This document shows, piece after piece, positions 1 through 10,117 of a DNA stretch of 32,000 bases. The notes beneath the pieces are model-generated. The model was not told the DNA's origin. It did not search any database and saw nothing but the letters and a program-made list of their open reading frames with translations. Position 1 is the stretch's first letter. Each line of letters starts with the position of its first letter. The position numbers and the translations under genes are program-made. The DNA lies in assembly GCF_016127575.1 (NCBI RefSeq), contig NZ_CP066019.1, positions 2,760,001 through 2,792,000 of the forward strand, in the 5' to 3' direction. Source of the stretch: Cupriavidus necator (GTDB taxonomy: Bacteria; Pseudomonadota; Gammaproteobacteria; Burkholderiales; Burkholderiaceae).

Positions 1-211
1 TGCGGGCGTCATAGGGCCCGGAATGCGGGAAACGGATGCTGTCGCTGGCGCCCGGCAGGATCTCGAATGTCAGCCGCTGCCCCAGGCTGCCGATCAGCCG
101 CGCCTGCAAGTGCGAGTTGTGCACTTCGCTTGCGACAAAGCTGTACACAACATAGGCGCCCCCACCAAGGGCGACCGCCAAGCCAGCGAAGATCCAGCCA
201 CGACGCGACAC
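1..211 (-). CDS. Partial CDS (N-terminal ~70 codons; the rest lies beyond the window start): membrane-anchored protein, possibly a transglycosylase-domain / PBP-like protein
   Basis: Not in the ORF track because it runs off the edge. My own minus-strand translation from GTG (211..209) gives VSRRGWIFAGLAVALGGGAYVVYSFVASEVHNSHLQARLIGSLGQRLTFEILPGASDSIRFPHSGPYDAR. It has a hydrophobic TM-like segment, then an IRFP..GPYD stretch that I associate from memory with large peptidoglycan-transglycosylase-domain proteins of Burkholderiales. An in-frame stop lies upstream at 254..256, and a purine-rich GGGAAG sits ~9 nt before the GTG. Confidence 0.4.
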   Translation of the reverse strand, partial: MSRRGWIFAGLAVALGGGAYVVYSFVASEVHNSHLQARLIGSLGQRLTFEILPGASDSIRFPHSGPYDAR

Positions 212-434
212 GTTTGGGCTTCCCTGTTGGGCCGATGCAGCGCGCAGGGGCTGTCATGCACCGGCTCGAAGCGCAATGTTCTCGCGGCGCGCGCACGCCG
301 CGCGCCGCCTGTCTTGATATTAGTAGGAGTAAAGGCAGCCTGCAGCAAGCGCACGCGCGGGCATTGTGCCGTTGCATACAGGCATCACTCCAGGCAGCGC
401 CTGAGCCACATTGCGCCCCTGTCCGAAACGGTCA

Positions 435-1469
435 TCAGGCTGCCTGCGCGCGTGCCACGGGCCGCCCCCCGAACGGATAGCCCGGGTCGTTGTAGCCGTG
501 CGTCGAGGCATGGCCCGGCGACACCAGCGCATCGACCATCGATTCTTCCTCGGGCGTGATGACGGCAGCGGGCGCGCCCAGGTAGTCCTCGAATTGCGCG
601 AGCGTGCGCGGACCGGCAATGACCGACGAGATAATCGGGTTGGCCAGCACCCACGCCGTGGCGAACTGGCCCGGGGTCAGCCCGCGCCCTTCGGCATGGG
701 CCTTGAGCTGCTGTGCAATCAGCAGCGACTCTTCACGGAACTCGGTTTCCATCATGCGGCGGTCTGCGCGGCCGGCGCGCGTACCCTCGCCCGGTGCCTG
801 CCCGGGCGCGTACTTGCCGGTCAGCACGCCGCGCGCCACCGGGCTGTAGGGCACCACGCCCAGCCCGTAGTGCTCGCATGCCGGCAGGATCTCCACCTCC
901 GGCATCCGGTTCAGCAGGTTGTAATAGGGCTGGCATGCCACCGGGCGCGGCACGCCCAGCTCGCCGCACAGCCGTGCGATCTCCGCGATGCGCCAGCCGC
1001 GGAAGTTCGACACCGCCCAGTAGCGGATCTTGCCGCTGCGCACCAGGTCGCCCATTGCCCGCACCGCCTCTTCCAGGTTCGCGCCGGGATAATCGCGGTG
1101 CAGATAGAGAATGTCGATGTAGTCCGTCGCCAGCCGGTGCAGGCTGTCCTCCACCGCGCGCAGGATCCAGGTCCGCGAATAGTGCCCGTGATTGGGCGCC
1201 GCCTGCATCGCGTTGCCCAGCTTGGTGGCAAGTACCCAGTCGTGGCGGCTGGCGGTCAGCAGGCGCCCGACCATCTGCTCCGACGCGCCCTTGGTATACA
1301 CGTCGGCGGTGTCGATGAAGTTCACGCCGTGGTCGCGCGCGCTGGCGACGATGCGGGCGGCTTCGGCCGCATCGGTCTGGTCGGCGAACATCATGGTGCC
1401 CAGGCAAAGTGCCGAAACGCGCAGGTTGCTGGCGCCGAGGCGGCGGTAGGGCATGGTGGTGGCGGGCAT
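435..1469 (-). CDS. Aldo/keto reductase family oxidoreductase (344 aa)
   Basis: Trimmed from ORF 435..1739(-). The AKR-like sequence starts at MPATTMPYRRLGASNLRVSALCLGTMMFADQTD...VNFIDTADVYTKGASEQMVG. The ATG at 1469 is preceded by AAGGAG with ~6 nt spacing. The upstream 90 codons of the track ORF are low-complexity with no family signal. Confidence 0.9.
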   Translation of the reverse strand: MPATTMPYRRLGASNLRVSALCLGTMMFADQTDAAEAARIVASARDHGVNFIDTADVYTKGASEQMVGRLLTASRHDWVLATKLGNAMQAAPNHGHYSRTWILRAVEDSLHRLATDYIDILYLHRDYPGANLEEAVRAMGDLVRSGKIRYWAVSNFRGWRIAEIARLCGELGVPRPVACQPYYNLLNRMPEVEILPACEHYGLGVVPYSPVARGVLTGKYAPGQAPGEGTRAGRADRRMMETEFREESLLIAQQLKAHAEGRGLTPGQFATAWVLANPIISSVIAGPRTLAQFEDYLGAPAAVITPEEESMVDALVSPGHASTHGYNDPGYPFGGRPVARAQAA

Positions 1470-1765
1470 GGTGGCTCCTTGGGTGGGGTGGGATGGCGTC
1501 GGGTTGGTGAAAGCACAGGGCACAGGCGGAAACGGCAGACTGTGACCACGGTTCCACATTTTGCCGCGAGTCGGCGTGGCTTGCTGGCCCCCTGCCGGTT
1601 TCCGTGCGGCCCATCGGGGATCCAGCCCGGGAGAATTGGTTTCAATATGTTGCAGGCCGGCCAACGGGAGCCAATTTGCAGTCATATTCTCGCGTTTGCC
1701 GCGGAGGATGACGCTTTGCGCTACCCTCGCGGCGTTCATGCAAGAGAAGAAAAGAGTCGAACCTT

Positions 1766-2995
1766 ATGAAAACGGAAACCACGGATGTCGTCATCATCGG
1801 CGCAGGGCCCGCGGGCTCGGTCGCGGCCGGCTTGCTGCGCAAGCATGGGATTCCGGTGCTGGTGATCGAGAAGGAGACGTTCCCGCGCTTTTCCATCGGC
1901 GAAAGCCTGCTGCCGCAGAGCATGGCCTACATCGAAGAGGCAGGCATGCTGCGCGCGGTGGTGGAAGCGGGCTTCCAGTACAAGAACGGCGCCGCCTTCG
2001 CGCGCGGCGACCAGCAGACCGCCTTTGACTTTCGCGAGAAGTTCTCGCCCGGCTGGGGCACCACCTACCAGGTGCAGCGCGCGCGCTTTGACGACGTGCT
2101 GATCCGCGAGGCGGCGCGCCAGGGCGCCGAGGTGCGCTTCTCGCACCTGGTCGAGGACGTCGACGTCAGCGGCGCGCAGCCGGAGGTGACCGTGCGTGCG
2201 CCGGACGGCAGCCGGTACAGCGTGCGCGCGAAGTTCCTGCTCGATGCCTCCGGCTTTGGCCGCATCCTGCCGCGCCTGCTGCAGCTGGAATCGCCGTCGG
2301 GCTTCCCGGTGCGCAGCGCGCTCTTCACCCACGTGGAAGACCGCATCGCGCCGGGCGCCTTCGATCGCAACAAGATCCTGATCAGCGTGCATCCGCAACA
2401 CCCTGACGTCTGGTACTGGACCATCCCGTTCTCGGACGGCCGCTGCTCGCAGGGCGTGGTTGCCGAGAAGGCATTCCTGGACCGCTACACGGGCACCGAG
2501 ACCGAACGGCTGCGGGCGCTGGTGGCCGAGGAACCCGGCCTGGCAAAGCTGCTTGGCAACGCGCAGTGGGACACCCCCGCGCGCCAGATCGCCGGCTATT
2601 CGGCCAATGTGAAGTCCCTGTGGGGCAACGGCTATGCGCTGCTCGGCAATGCCGGGGAGTTCCTGGACCCGGTGTTCTCGTCCGGCGTGACCATCGCCTT
2701 CAAGTCGGCCAGCCTGGCGGCGCAATGCCTGGTGCGCCAGCTTGCCGGCGACACCGTGGACTGGGAGCAGGACTTCGCCCAGCCGCTCAAGGCCGGCGTG
2801 GACTGCTTCCGCGTGTTTGTCGAAGCCTGGTACGAGGGCCGCTTCCAGCAACTGATCTTCCATCCCAATGCCAACTCCGAGATCCGCGACATGATCTCGT
2901 CGATCCTGGCCGGCTACGCGTGGGACCGCAGCAACCCCTTCGTGGCCGAGCCGCGCCGCCGGCTGGCGGTGCTGGAAGAATTCTGCCGCGTATGA
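1766..2995 (+). CDS. NAD(P)/FAD-dependent oxidoreductase with flavin-dependent-halogenase-like motifs (409 aa)
   Basis: ORF 1766..2995(+). N-terminal Rossmann motif DVVIIGAGPAGS. Exact WxWxIP match (WYWTIP, nt 2411..2428). GESLLP...YKNG segment. A purine-rich AAAGAG lies upstream of the ATG. Confidence 0.85.
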   Translation: MKTETTDVVIIGAGPAGSVAAGLLRKHGIPVLVIEKETFPRFSIGESLLPQSMAYIEEAGMLRAVVEAGFQYKNGAAFARGDQQTAFDFREKFSPGWGTTYQVQRARFDDVLIREAARQGAEVRFSHLVEDVDVSGAQPEVTVRAPDGSRYSVRAKFLLDASGFGRILPRLLQLESPSGFPVRSALFTHVEDRIAPGAFDRNKILISVHPQHPDVWYWTIPFSDGRCSQGVVAEKAFLDRYTGTETERLRALVAEEPGLAKLLGNAQWDTPARQIAGYSANVKSLWGNGYALLGNAGEFLDPVFSSGVTIAFKSASLAAQCLVRQLAGDTVDWEQDFAQPLKAGVDCFRVFVEAWYEGRFQQLIFHPNANSEIRDMISSILAGYAWDRSNPFVAEPRRRLAVLEEFCRV

Positions 2996-3065
2996 TGCGC
3001 CGCATCTGCACGCGTTCCGCGTTCGCGCCTGCGCCCGCAGAGGACTTTTTTCAAGGACACCTGGT

Positions 3066-3797
3066 ATGACCAATCCGACCGTACTGGTTACGGGATCGTC
3101 GCGCGGCATCGGTCGCGCCATCGCCCTGCGGCTGGCCCGCGACGGCTATGACGTGGTGGTGCATTGCCGCTCGCGCCGCGACGAAGCCGACTCCGTCGCC
3201 GACGCGGTGCGCGCTTGCGGCCGCAAGGCCCGCGTGTTGTGCTTCGACGTGGCCCGGCGCGAGGAAGCCGCTGCCGCGCTGCTGGCCGATATCGCCGCAC
3301 ATGACTGCTACTACGGCGTGGTGTGCAACGCCGGCCTGGCGCGCGACGCGGCCTTCCCGGCCATGAGCGGCGCCGAATGGGACGAGGTGGTGCACACCAA
3401 CCTCGACGCCTTCTACAACGTGCTCAACCCGGTGGTGATGCCGATGGTGCAGCGACGCCAGCCCGGGCGCATCGTCACGCTGTCGTCGGTCTCGGGCCTG
3501 GTGGGCAACCGCGGCCAGACCAACTACAGCGCGGCCAAGGCCGGCATCATCGGCGCCACCAAGGCGCTGGCAATCGAACTTGCCAAACGCGCCATCACAG
3601 TCAACTGCGTGGCGCCCGGCCTGATCGACACCGACATGGTCGAGCAGCACGTGCGCGACGAGGCGCTGCGCATGATCCCGGCGCGGCGGCTCGGCACGCC
3701 CGACGAAGTGGCCGCGACCGTGGCCTTCCTGATGTCGCCCGACGCTGGCTATATCACGCGCCAGGTGATCTCGGTCAACGGGGGCATGTTCGGATGA
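3066..3797 (+). CDS. Short-chain dehydrogenase/reductase, 3-oxoacyl-ACP reductase (FabG)-like (243 aa)
   Basis: ORF 3066..3797(+). TGSSRGIG cofactor motif, NAG motif, and catalytic S...YSAAK. Lies 70 bp downstream of the FAD enzyme on the same strand. Confidence 0.9.
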   Translation: MTNPTVLVTGSSRGIGRAIALRLARDGYDVVVHCRSRRDEADSVADAVRACGRKARVLCFDVARREEAAAALLADIAAHDCYYGVVCNAGLARDAAFPAMSGAEWDEVVHTNLDAFYNVLNPVVMPMVQRRQPGRIVTLSSVSGLVGNRGQTNYSAAKAGIIGATKALAIELAKRAITVNCVAPGLIDTDMVEQHVRDEALRMIPARRLGTPDEVAATVAFLMSPDAGYITRQVISVNGGMFG

Positions 3798-3822
3798 AGC
3801 GCGTCGTCGCCAGCGTGACCCC

Positions 3823-5040
3823 ATGAACGGGGTCAGCATCTTCTTCCTGCAGGCGATGCTGGTGGTCGCCCTGCCCTATCTGCTATGGCGTGGTGCCGGC
3901 CTGCGCTCGGTGTTTCCGCTGGTTGGTGTGCAGGTGCTGGCCGGCATCGTGCTGGGGCCGTCGGTGTTCGGGCAACTGGCGCCGCAGGGCTGGACCGCGC
4001 TGTTCGGCCCTGATCGCCTGCCGATGCTGTCCGGCCTGCAGTGGCTGGCGGTGACGCTGTTCTGCTTCCTGACCGGCCTGCACCTGCGCGAAGACAGCGT
4101 GCCCGCGCACTGGCGCGCGACCCTGCAGATCTCGCTGGGCAGCATTGCGGCGCCGTTCGCGCTGGGGGCCGCTGCCGGCTGGTGGATGACCACGGCCGGC
4201 TGGCCGGTCGCGGGGGAACTGGCCAGCCCCTACTGGTTTGCCTGCGCCATGGGCATCTGCACCGCCGTCACGGCGCTGCCGGTGCTGGGTGCGCTGCTGC
4301 GCGAGATGCGCCTGACCGGCACCCGCCTGGGCCAGCTGGCCTTGCGCTGCGCGGCCGTCAACGATGCCTGGGTGTGGCTGTTCCTGACCCTGGTGCTGCT
4401 GCAGCATGGCGGCCAGGACGGCGCCAGCGGCCTCATCGTGGCGGCCCGCGCCGGTGCTTACCTGGCGTTCATGTTCCTGGCAGTGCGCCCCGCGCTGGCA
4501 TGGCTGCTGCGCCGCCGCGCGCCGGAGACCGAGCTGCTGCTGGCGATGGCGCTGTTCCTGGTGCTGGCGTCGGCATTCCTGGGGGAGTTGGCCGGGCTGC
4601 ACCATGTGATGGGCGGCTTCGTCGCCGGACTGGTATGGCCCGCACGCGAAGCGCAGCGTGTGCGCCAGCAGCTCGAACCGGTCACGGTGGTGGTGCTGCT
4701 GCCCTTCTTTTTCCTGGCCGCCGGACTGCGCACCGAGATCTCGCTGGATAATCCGATGACACTGTGGATCGCGTTGCTGTCGCTGGTCATCGCGATCACC
4801 GGCAAGATGGCCGGCGTCGCGCTGCCCGCGCGCCGCGCCGGCATGGGCTGGCACGAATCGCTGGCACTGGGCACGCTACTGCAGACCAAGGGCCTGGTCG
4901 AGGTGGTGGTGCTGACCGTGCTGCTGGACGCGCGCATCATCAGCACCGCGGCGTTTTCCGGACTGTTGCTGATGGCGCTGGCCAGCACGCTGCTGGCGCG
5001 GCCGTTGACGATGCTGGTAGCGCGGGGCCGGTTGCATTAA
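3823..5040 (+). CDS. Cation:proton antiporter (CPA2 / Kef-type membrane domain only, 405 aa)
   Basis: ORF 3823..5040(+). Polytopic hydrophobic protein whose N-terminus (LVVALPYLLWRGAGLRSVFPLVGVQVLAGIVLGPSVFG) is typical of Na+/H+-exchanger family proteins. No C-terminal KTN/TrkA domain. Starts 25 bp after the SDR stop. Confidence 0.85.
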   Translation: MNGVSIFFLQAMLVVALPYLLWRGAGLRSVFPLVGVQVLAGIVLGPSVFGQLAPQGWTALFGPDRLPMLSGLQWLAVTLFCFLTGLHLREDSVPAHWRATLQISLGSIAAPFALGAAAGWWMTTAGWPVAGELASPYWFACAMGICTAVTALPVLGALLREMRLTGTRLGQLALRCAAVNDAWVWLFLTLVLLQHGGQDGASGLIVAARAGAYLAFMFLAVRPALAWLLRRRAPETELLLAMALFLVLASAFLGELAGLHHVMGGFVAGLVWPAREAQRVRQQLEPVTVVVLLPFFFLAAGLRTEISLDNPMTLWIALLSLVIAITGKMAGVALPARRAGMGWHESLALGTLLQTKGLVEVVVLTVLLDARIISTAAFSGLLLMALASTLLARPLTMLVARGRLH

Positions 5041-5055
5041 GCGCCATCCGGCCGC

Positions 5056-5961
5056 TCACACCGGAGTCAATCCCGGCAACCCTGCAATCGCCTGCGCCAG
5101 GTAGTCCAGCAAAAGCCGCACCCGCTCCGGCTGGTAGCGCCGCGACGGATAGACCAGGAAGGCTTCCTGCGCCGGACCGCTCCAGCGTGGCAACACGCGC
5201 TGCAGGGCGCCGCTGTCGAGCAGGTCCTGCACCAGCCATGCCGGCGTCATGCCAAAGCCGGCGCCGGCCAGGAAGCTTTCGCGCATCGCCAGCGAGTTGT
5301 TGACGCGGTAGCGGCAGGACGCGCTCACCGGCGCCTGCCCGCCGGGCCCGTCGAGCACGATCTCGTCGCCGGCGGCCAGCCAGGTGAAGCGCAGGATCTG
5401 GTGCCGCGCCAGGTCGGCCGGCTGCCGGATGCGCGCATGGCGTGCGAGGTAGTCGGGCGAGGCTACCAGCAGCCGCGGCGACACCGCGATGCGGCGCGCG
5501 ACCACATTGGGCGGCAGCGAGGCGCCGAGGCGCACCGCGATGTCGACGCCCTCCTCCACCAGGTCGACGAAGCGGTCGTCGAACAGCAACTCCACCTCTA
5601 CCTCCGGATAGCGCTGCTGGAACGCCAGCACCAGCGCATTGAGCCGCAGCACGCCGAAGCTGGCCGGCGCGCTGACACGCACCCGCCCGGCCGGCTGCCC
5701 GGACATGCCACGCGCATCGCTGACCGCCTCGCCGTATTCATCCAGCACGCGGCGCGCGCGCTCATGGAAGCGCCGCCCCGCCTCGGTCGGCGACAGGCTG
5801 GTGGTGCTGCGCTCCAGCAGCCGCACGCCCATCTCTTTCTCCAGCGCAGCCACGACCTTGCTGATGGTCGGCTGGGTCGACTGCTGCTCGCGCGCCACCG
5901 CCGACAGGCTGCCCAGCTCCACGGCGCGCACGAAGACCTGCATTGCCCTGATGGTGTCCAT
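5056..5961 (-). CDS. LysR family transcriptional regulator (301 aa)
   Basis: Trimmed from ORF 5056..6012(-) to MDTIRAMQVFVRAVELGSLSAVAREQQSTQPTISKVVAALEKEMGVRLLERS, a canonical LysR wHTH N-terminus. The ATG at 5961 is preceded by AAGGA. Divergent from the SGNH hydrolase gene. Confidence 0.9.
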   Translation of the reverse strand: MDTIRAMQVFVRAVELGSLSAVAREQQSTQPTISKVVAALEKEMGVRLLERSTTSLSPTEAGRRFHERARRVLDEYGEAVSDARGMSGQPAGRVRVSAPASFGVLRLNALVLAFQQRYPEVEVELLFDDRFVDLVEEGVDIAVRLGASLPPNVVARRIAVSPRLLVASPDYLARHARIRQPADLARHQILRFTWLAAGDEIVLDGPGGQAPVSASCRYRVNNSLAMRESFLAGAGFGMTPAWLVQDLLDSGALQRVLPRWSGPAQEAFLVYPSRRYQPERVRLLLDYLAQAIAGLPGLTPV

Positions 5962-5991
5962 GCCGTTCCTTGTGTGCCCACTCATTCCATC

Positions 5992-6012
5992 ATGGCATGA
6001 GCGATATGCCAT
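5992..6012. promoter_or_regulatory. 21-bp dyad ATGGCAT-N7-ATGCCAT in the LysR/SGNH divergent intergenic region (candidate LysR operator)
   Basis: Read directly: ATGGCAT at 5992..5998 and ATGCCAT at 6006..6012 are perfect 7-bp inverted arms. The dyad lies 31 bp upstream of the LysR start and 85 bp upstream of the hydrolase start. It does not have the canonical T-N11-A spacing. Confidence 0.35.
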
Positions 6013-6096
6013 TCTGCCCGCTACCTGTCATTTCTGGAATGCCCTACCTTTGGCGCCATCCCGGCACCAACGCCGGTCCACGAACCGAGGCAAACC

Positions 6097-7404
6097 ATGT
6101 TCCGCATTCCCCGCATCCTGCGCCGCCTGACTGCGCTGACGTTGTCCGCCACCATCGCCAGCACCGCGGCGCTGGCCAGCCCCTTGCAAGACCCGGCCTG
6201 GCTGACCAGCTGGATGGCAAGCCAGCAGCCGGTGTGGCAGCCCGGCGCCCAGCCGCTGCCGACCGGCGTGCCCGCGGTGCTGTCCGGCCAGACGCTGCGC
6301 CAGGTGGTACGGCTCAGCGTGGGCGGCAAGCGCGTGCGCGTGGTGCTGTCCAACCCCTACGGCCGCCACCCGGTCGCGGTCGGCGCGGCGCAACTCGCGC
6401 GCCATGCCGGCGGTGGCAGTACCGATGCGGCGGGCAGCAGCGCGGTGACGTTCCGCGGCAGCGCGTCGGTGATCCTCCCGGCTGGCCAGTCCGTGGCAAG
6501 CGATCCGGTCGTCTTCGACTCCCCCGTACTGGGCGAACTGGCACTCAGCCTCTACCTGCCGCAACCGACAGCGATCGAGTCGTTCCATTGGGATGGGCGC
6601 CAGACCGCGTGGCTCGTGGCCGGCAATGCGACCAGGCAGGCCACGCTGCCTGCGCCGCAGTCGTTCAGCGCACGCATCCTGCTCAGCGAGGTGCAGGTCG
6701 ATGCGCCCGGGCATGCCGGCGCCGTGGTGGCCATCGGCGATTCGATCACCGAGGGCAACGGCTCAACCCCCGACACCAACCGCCGCTGGCCCGACGTGCT
6801 GGCACAGCGTGCTGCCGGCAACGGCGTGGCTGTGCTCAATGCCGGCATCTCCGGCGGCCGGCTGCTGCGCGATGGCATGGGGGAGTCCGCGCTGGCGCGG
6901 CTGGATCGCGACGTACTGAGCCAGCCGCATGTGCGCACCGTGATCGCGGCGATCGGCATCAACGATATCGCCTGGCCAGGCTCCACCTTTGCACCGGGCG
7001 ATGCGGTGCCGCAGGCCGCCGAGCTGATCGAGGGCTACCGCCGCCTGATCGCGCGCGCCCATGCGCGCGGCGTGCGCGTGATCGGCGCCACCATCACGCC
7101 GTTTGCGGGGGCGCTGCGCGATACGCCGATCCGCGGCTATGACAGCCCGGGCAAGGAAGCGGTGCGGCTGGCGGTCAACGACTGGATCCGCAACGGCGGC
7201 GCGTTCGATGGGGTGGTGGACTTCGACGCCGCGGTGCGCGATCCCGCGCGCCCGCAGGCGCTGCTGCCGGCGTTCGACAGCGGCGACCACCTGCATCCCG
7301 GCGACGCGGGCTATCGCGCCATGGCGGCGCAGATCGATGCGGCGCTGCCTGAGCTTGGCCGTCAGTCCCGGTCCGGCGCACCCGGTGGAAAGAGCGGGCG
7401 GTAA
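6097..7404 (+). CDS. Secreted SGNH/GDSL hydrolase family protein (435 aa)
   Basis: ORF 6097..7404(+). Signal-peptide-like N-terminus (RRLTALTLSATIASTAALASP). Block I is AIGDSITEG and block V is GDHLHPGDAGY. A ~200-aa N-terminal domain precedes the SGNH fold. Confidence 0.85.
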   Translation: MFRIPRILRRLTALTLSATIASTAALASPLQDPAWLTSWMASQQPVWQPGAQPLPTGVPAVLSGQTLRQVVRLSVGGKRVRVVLSNPYGRHPVAVGAAQLARHAGGGSTDAAGSSAVTFRGSASVILPAGQSVASDPVVFDSPVLGELALSLYLPQPTAIESFHWDGRQTAWLVAGNATRQATLPAPQSFSARILLSEVQVDAPGHAGAVVAIGDSITEGNGSTPDTNRRWPDVLAQRAAGNGVAVLNAGISGGRLLRDGMGESALARLDRDVLSQPHVRTVIAAIGINDIAWPGSTFAPGDAVPQAAELIEGYRRLIARAHARGVRVIGATITPFAGALRDTPIRGYDSPGKEAVRLAVNDWIRNGGAFDGVVDFDAAVRDPARPQALLPAFDSGDHLHPGDAGYRAMAAQIDAALPELGRQSRSGAPGGKSGR

Positions 7405-8015
7405 GGCCGCGCCTCGTCCACCGCGCGCGCGAACGATGGCCGCGCCAGCAGCCGGTTGCGATAAGCGCGCACATTGCCGCGCGCATCGGGGATGGGATGC
7501 ACCCAGTCCGCGTAGAACAGCGATGGCGCGGCAGCGCAATCGGCCAGAGTGAAGGCGCCGCCCGCGGCCCATTCCCGGCCGGCCAGCGTTGGCTCGAGCC
7601 AGGCGTAGGCCGAGTCAAGCAGCTTGCGCGCCTCGGCCACGCCATAGGCATCGCGGTGCTCCGCCGGGCGCAGGTAGTCGGCCACGATGCGTTGCATCGG
7701 CGTCATCACGTACTGGTCGAAGAAGCGGTCGAGCATGCGCACTTCCAGCGCGGCGTCGGGCGAATCCGGCAGCCAGCGCACCGGGCCGCGGTGATGCTGG
7801 TCCAGGTAGTCGATGATGATGCTGGACTCGAACACCGTGCGGCTGCCATCGACCAGCACCGGCATGCGCCTGAGCGGCCACAGCCTGGCGAGTTCGTCCA
7901 TGTTCTGCGCGTGTTCAGGCGACAGCATCCGGAATTCGAAGGGGATGGCGTTCTCGTACAGCGCAACCAGGACCTTCTGGCAATAGGACGAAAACGGGTG
8001 GGCGTATAGCTCCAT
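7362..8015 (-). CDS. Glutathione S-transferase family protein (217 aa)
   Basis: ORF 7362..8015(-). Thioredoxin-like N-terminal domain (MELYAHPFSSYCQKVLVALYENAIPFEF...MPVLVDG...ESSIIIDYL) followed by a helical C-domain. GGAG lies 6 nt upstream of the ATG. Confidence 0.85.
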   Translation of the reverse strand: MELYAHPFSSYCQKVLVALYENAIPFEFRMLSPEHAQNMDELARLWPLRRMPVLVDGSRTVFESSIIIDYLDQHHRGPVRWLPDSPDAALEVRMLDRFFDQYVMTPMQRIVADYLRPAEHRDAYGVAEARKLLDSAYAWLEPTLAGREWAAGGAFTLADCAAAPSLFYADWVHPIPDARGNVRAYRNRLLARPSFARAVDEARPYRPLFPPGAPDRD

Positions 8016-8057
8016 CGTGGTCTCCGGTGGTGATCTTCGGTGGTGGTCGGCGCGCGA

Positions 8058-9083
<1,026 letters not shown>

Positions 9084-9971
9084 TTAACCGGCGAACACCG
9101 CCTTCACCCAGTCCCTCAGCAACCGCGTGGCGGGACGCTCCGCGGCGCGCTCGCTGTAGACAAGGTCATAGCGGAAACTCTCCAGCGTAAGCCCGAAGGG
9201 CTGCACCAGCACGCCCGAGGCCAGCTCTTCGGCGACCAGCGTCAGGCTGAGCAGGCCGACTCCCTGTCCCGCAATGGTGGCCTGCACGGCGTGGATCTCG
9301 TCGGTAAAGCTGAGGCCCGCCTGTGGATCGGTGACCTCGACGCCGGCGTGCGCCAGCCACTGGTGCCATACCGGCGCGCGCTCGTCATCGCGCGCGCCGG
9401 CGCCCCATTCGAAGTGCACCAGCGTGGCGTGCTTCAGGTCTTGCACGCTGGCCAGCTTCAGGCCGGGGCTGCAGACCGGCGCAAACCGGTCGCAGAACAA
9501 CGGCTCGACCACCAGGCCGGGATAGCTGCCGCTGCCGTAGCGGATGGCAGCGTCCGCATCGTGGTCCAGGTCGACGACCTGGTCCGACGCATCCAGGCGC
9601 AGCGTCCAGTCAGGGTAGGCCGTGCGGAACTGGCCGGCGCGCGGTGCCAGCCGCCTGGCCATGAAGGCAACCGTCGACGTCAGCGTGGCAACGTTGGCCT
9701 GTGCGCTGCGCTGCACCGCCAGCACGGCGCGCTCCATCCCGTCCAGGCCGTCCCGCACCGCGGGAAACAACTGATGCCCGGCGGGCGTCAGGCGCACCTT
9801 GCGGGTCTGGCGCTCGAACAGCTTCACGCCAAGGCTCTCTTCCAGCAACCGGATCTGGTGGCTGACCGCCGTCGGCGTGACGTGCAGTTCGTCCGCCGCG
9901 TGCTTGAAGCTGGCGCGCCGGGCGGCGGCTTCAAAGGTGCGCAGGGCACCCAGTGGCGGCAGTTTGCGCAA
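9084..9971 (-). CDS. LysR family transcriptional regulator, GcvA-like subfamily (295 aa)
   Basis: ORF 9084..9971(-). MRKLPPLGALRTFEAAARRASFKHAADELHVTPTAVSHQIRLLEESLGVKLFER. The start codon is TTG (caa at 9969..9971) with GGGGGAGG immediately upstream. Divergent from the RidA/OYE pair. Confidence 0.9.
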   Translation of the reverse strand: MRKLPPLGALRTFEAAARRASFKHAADELHVTPTAVSHQIRLLEESLGVKLFERQTRKVRLTPAGHQLFPAVRDGLDGMERAVLAVQRSAQANVATLTSTVAFMARRLAPRAGQFRTAYPDWTLRLDASDQVVDLDHDADAAIRYGSGSYPGLVVEPLFCDRFAPVCSPGLKLASVQDLKHATLVHFEWGAGARDDERAPVWHQWLAHAGVEVTDPQAGLSFTDEIHAVQATIAGQGVGLLSLTLVAEELASGVLVQPFGLTLESFRYDLVYSERAAERPATRLLRDWVKAVFAG

Positions 9972-10117
9972 GCCTCCCCCTTAGATGAGATGTATTCATG
10001 TGTCGACTGAAAAGCGACCATTTGTCGCGGCCTGATCTCCGCTCCGATACTTGACCTATCTGATCGGCCACCCAGGCGACCAGGTGAATTCTACTAAATC
10101 ATCTACCGGAGTCAGCA

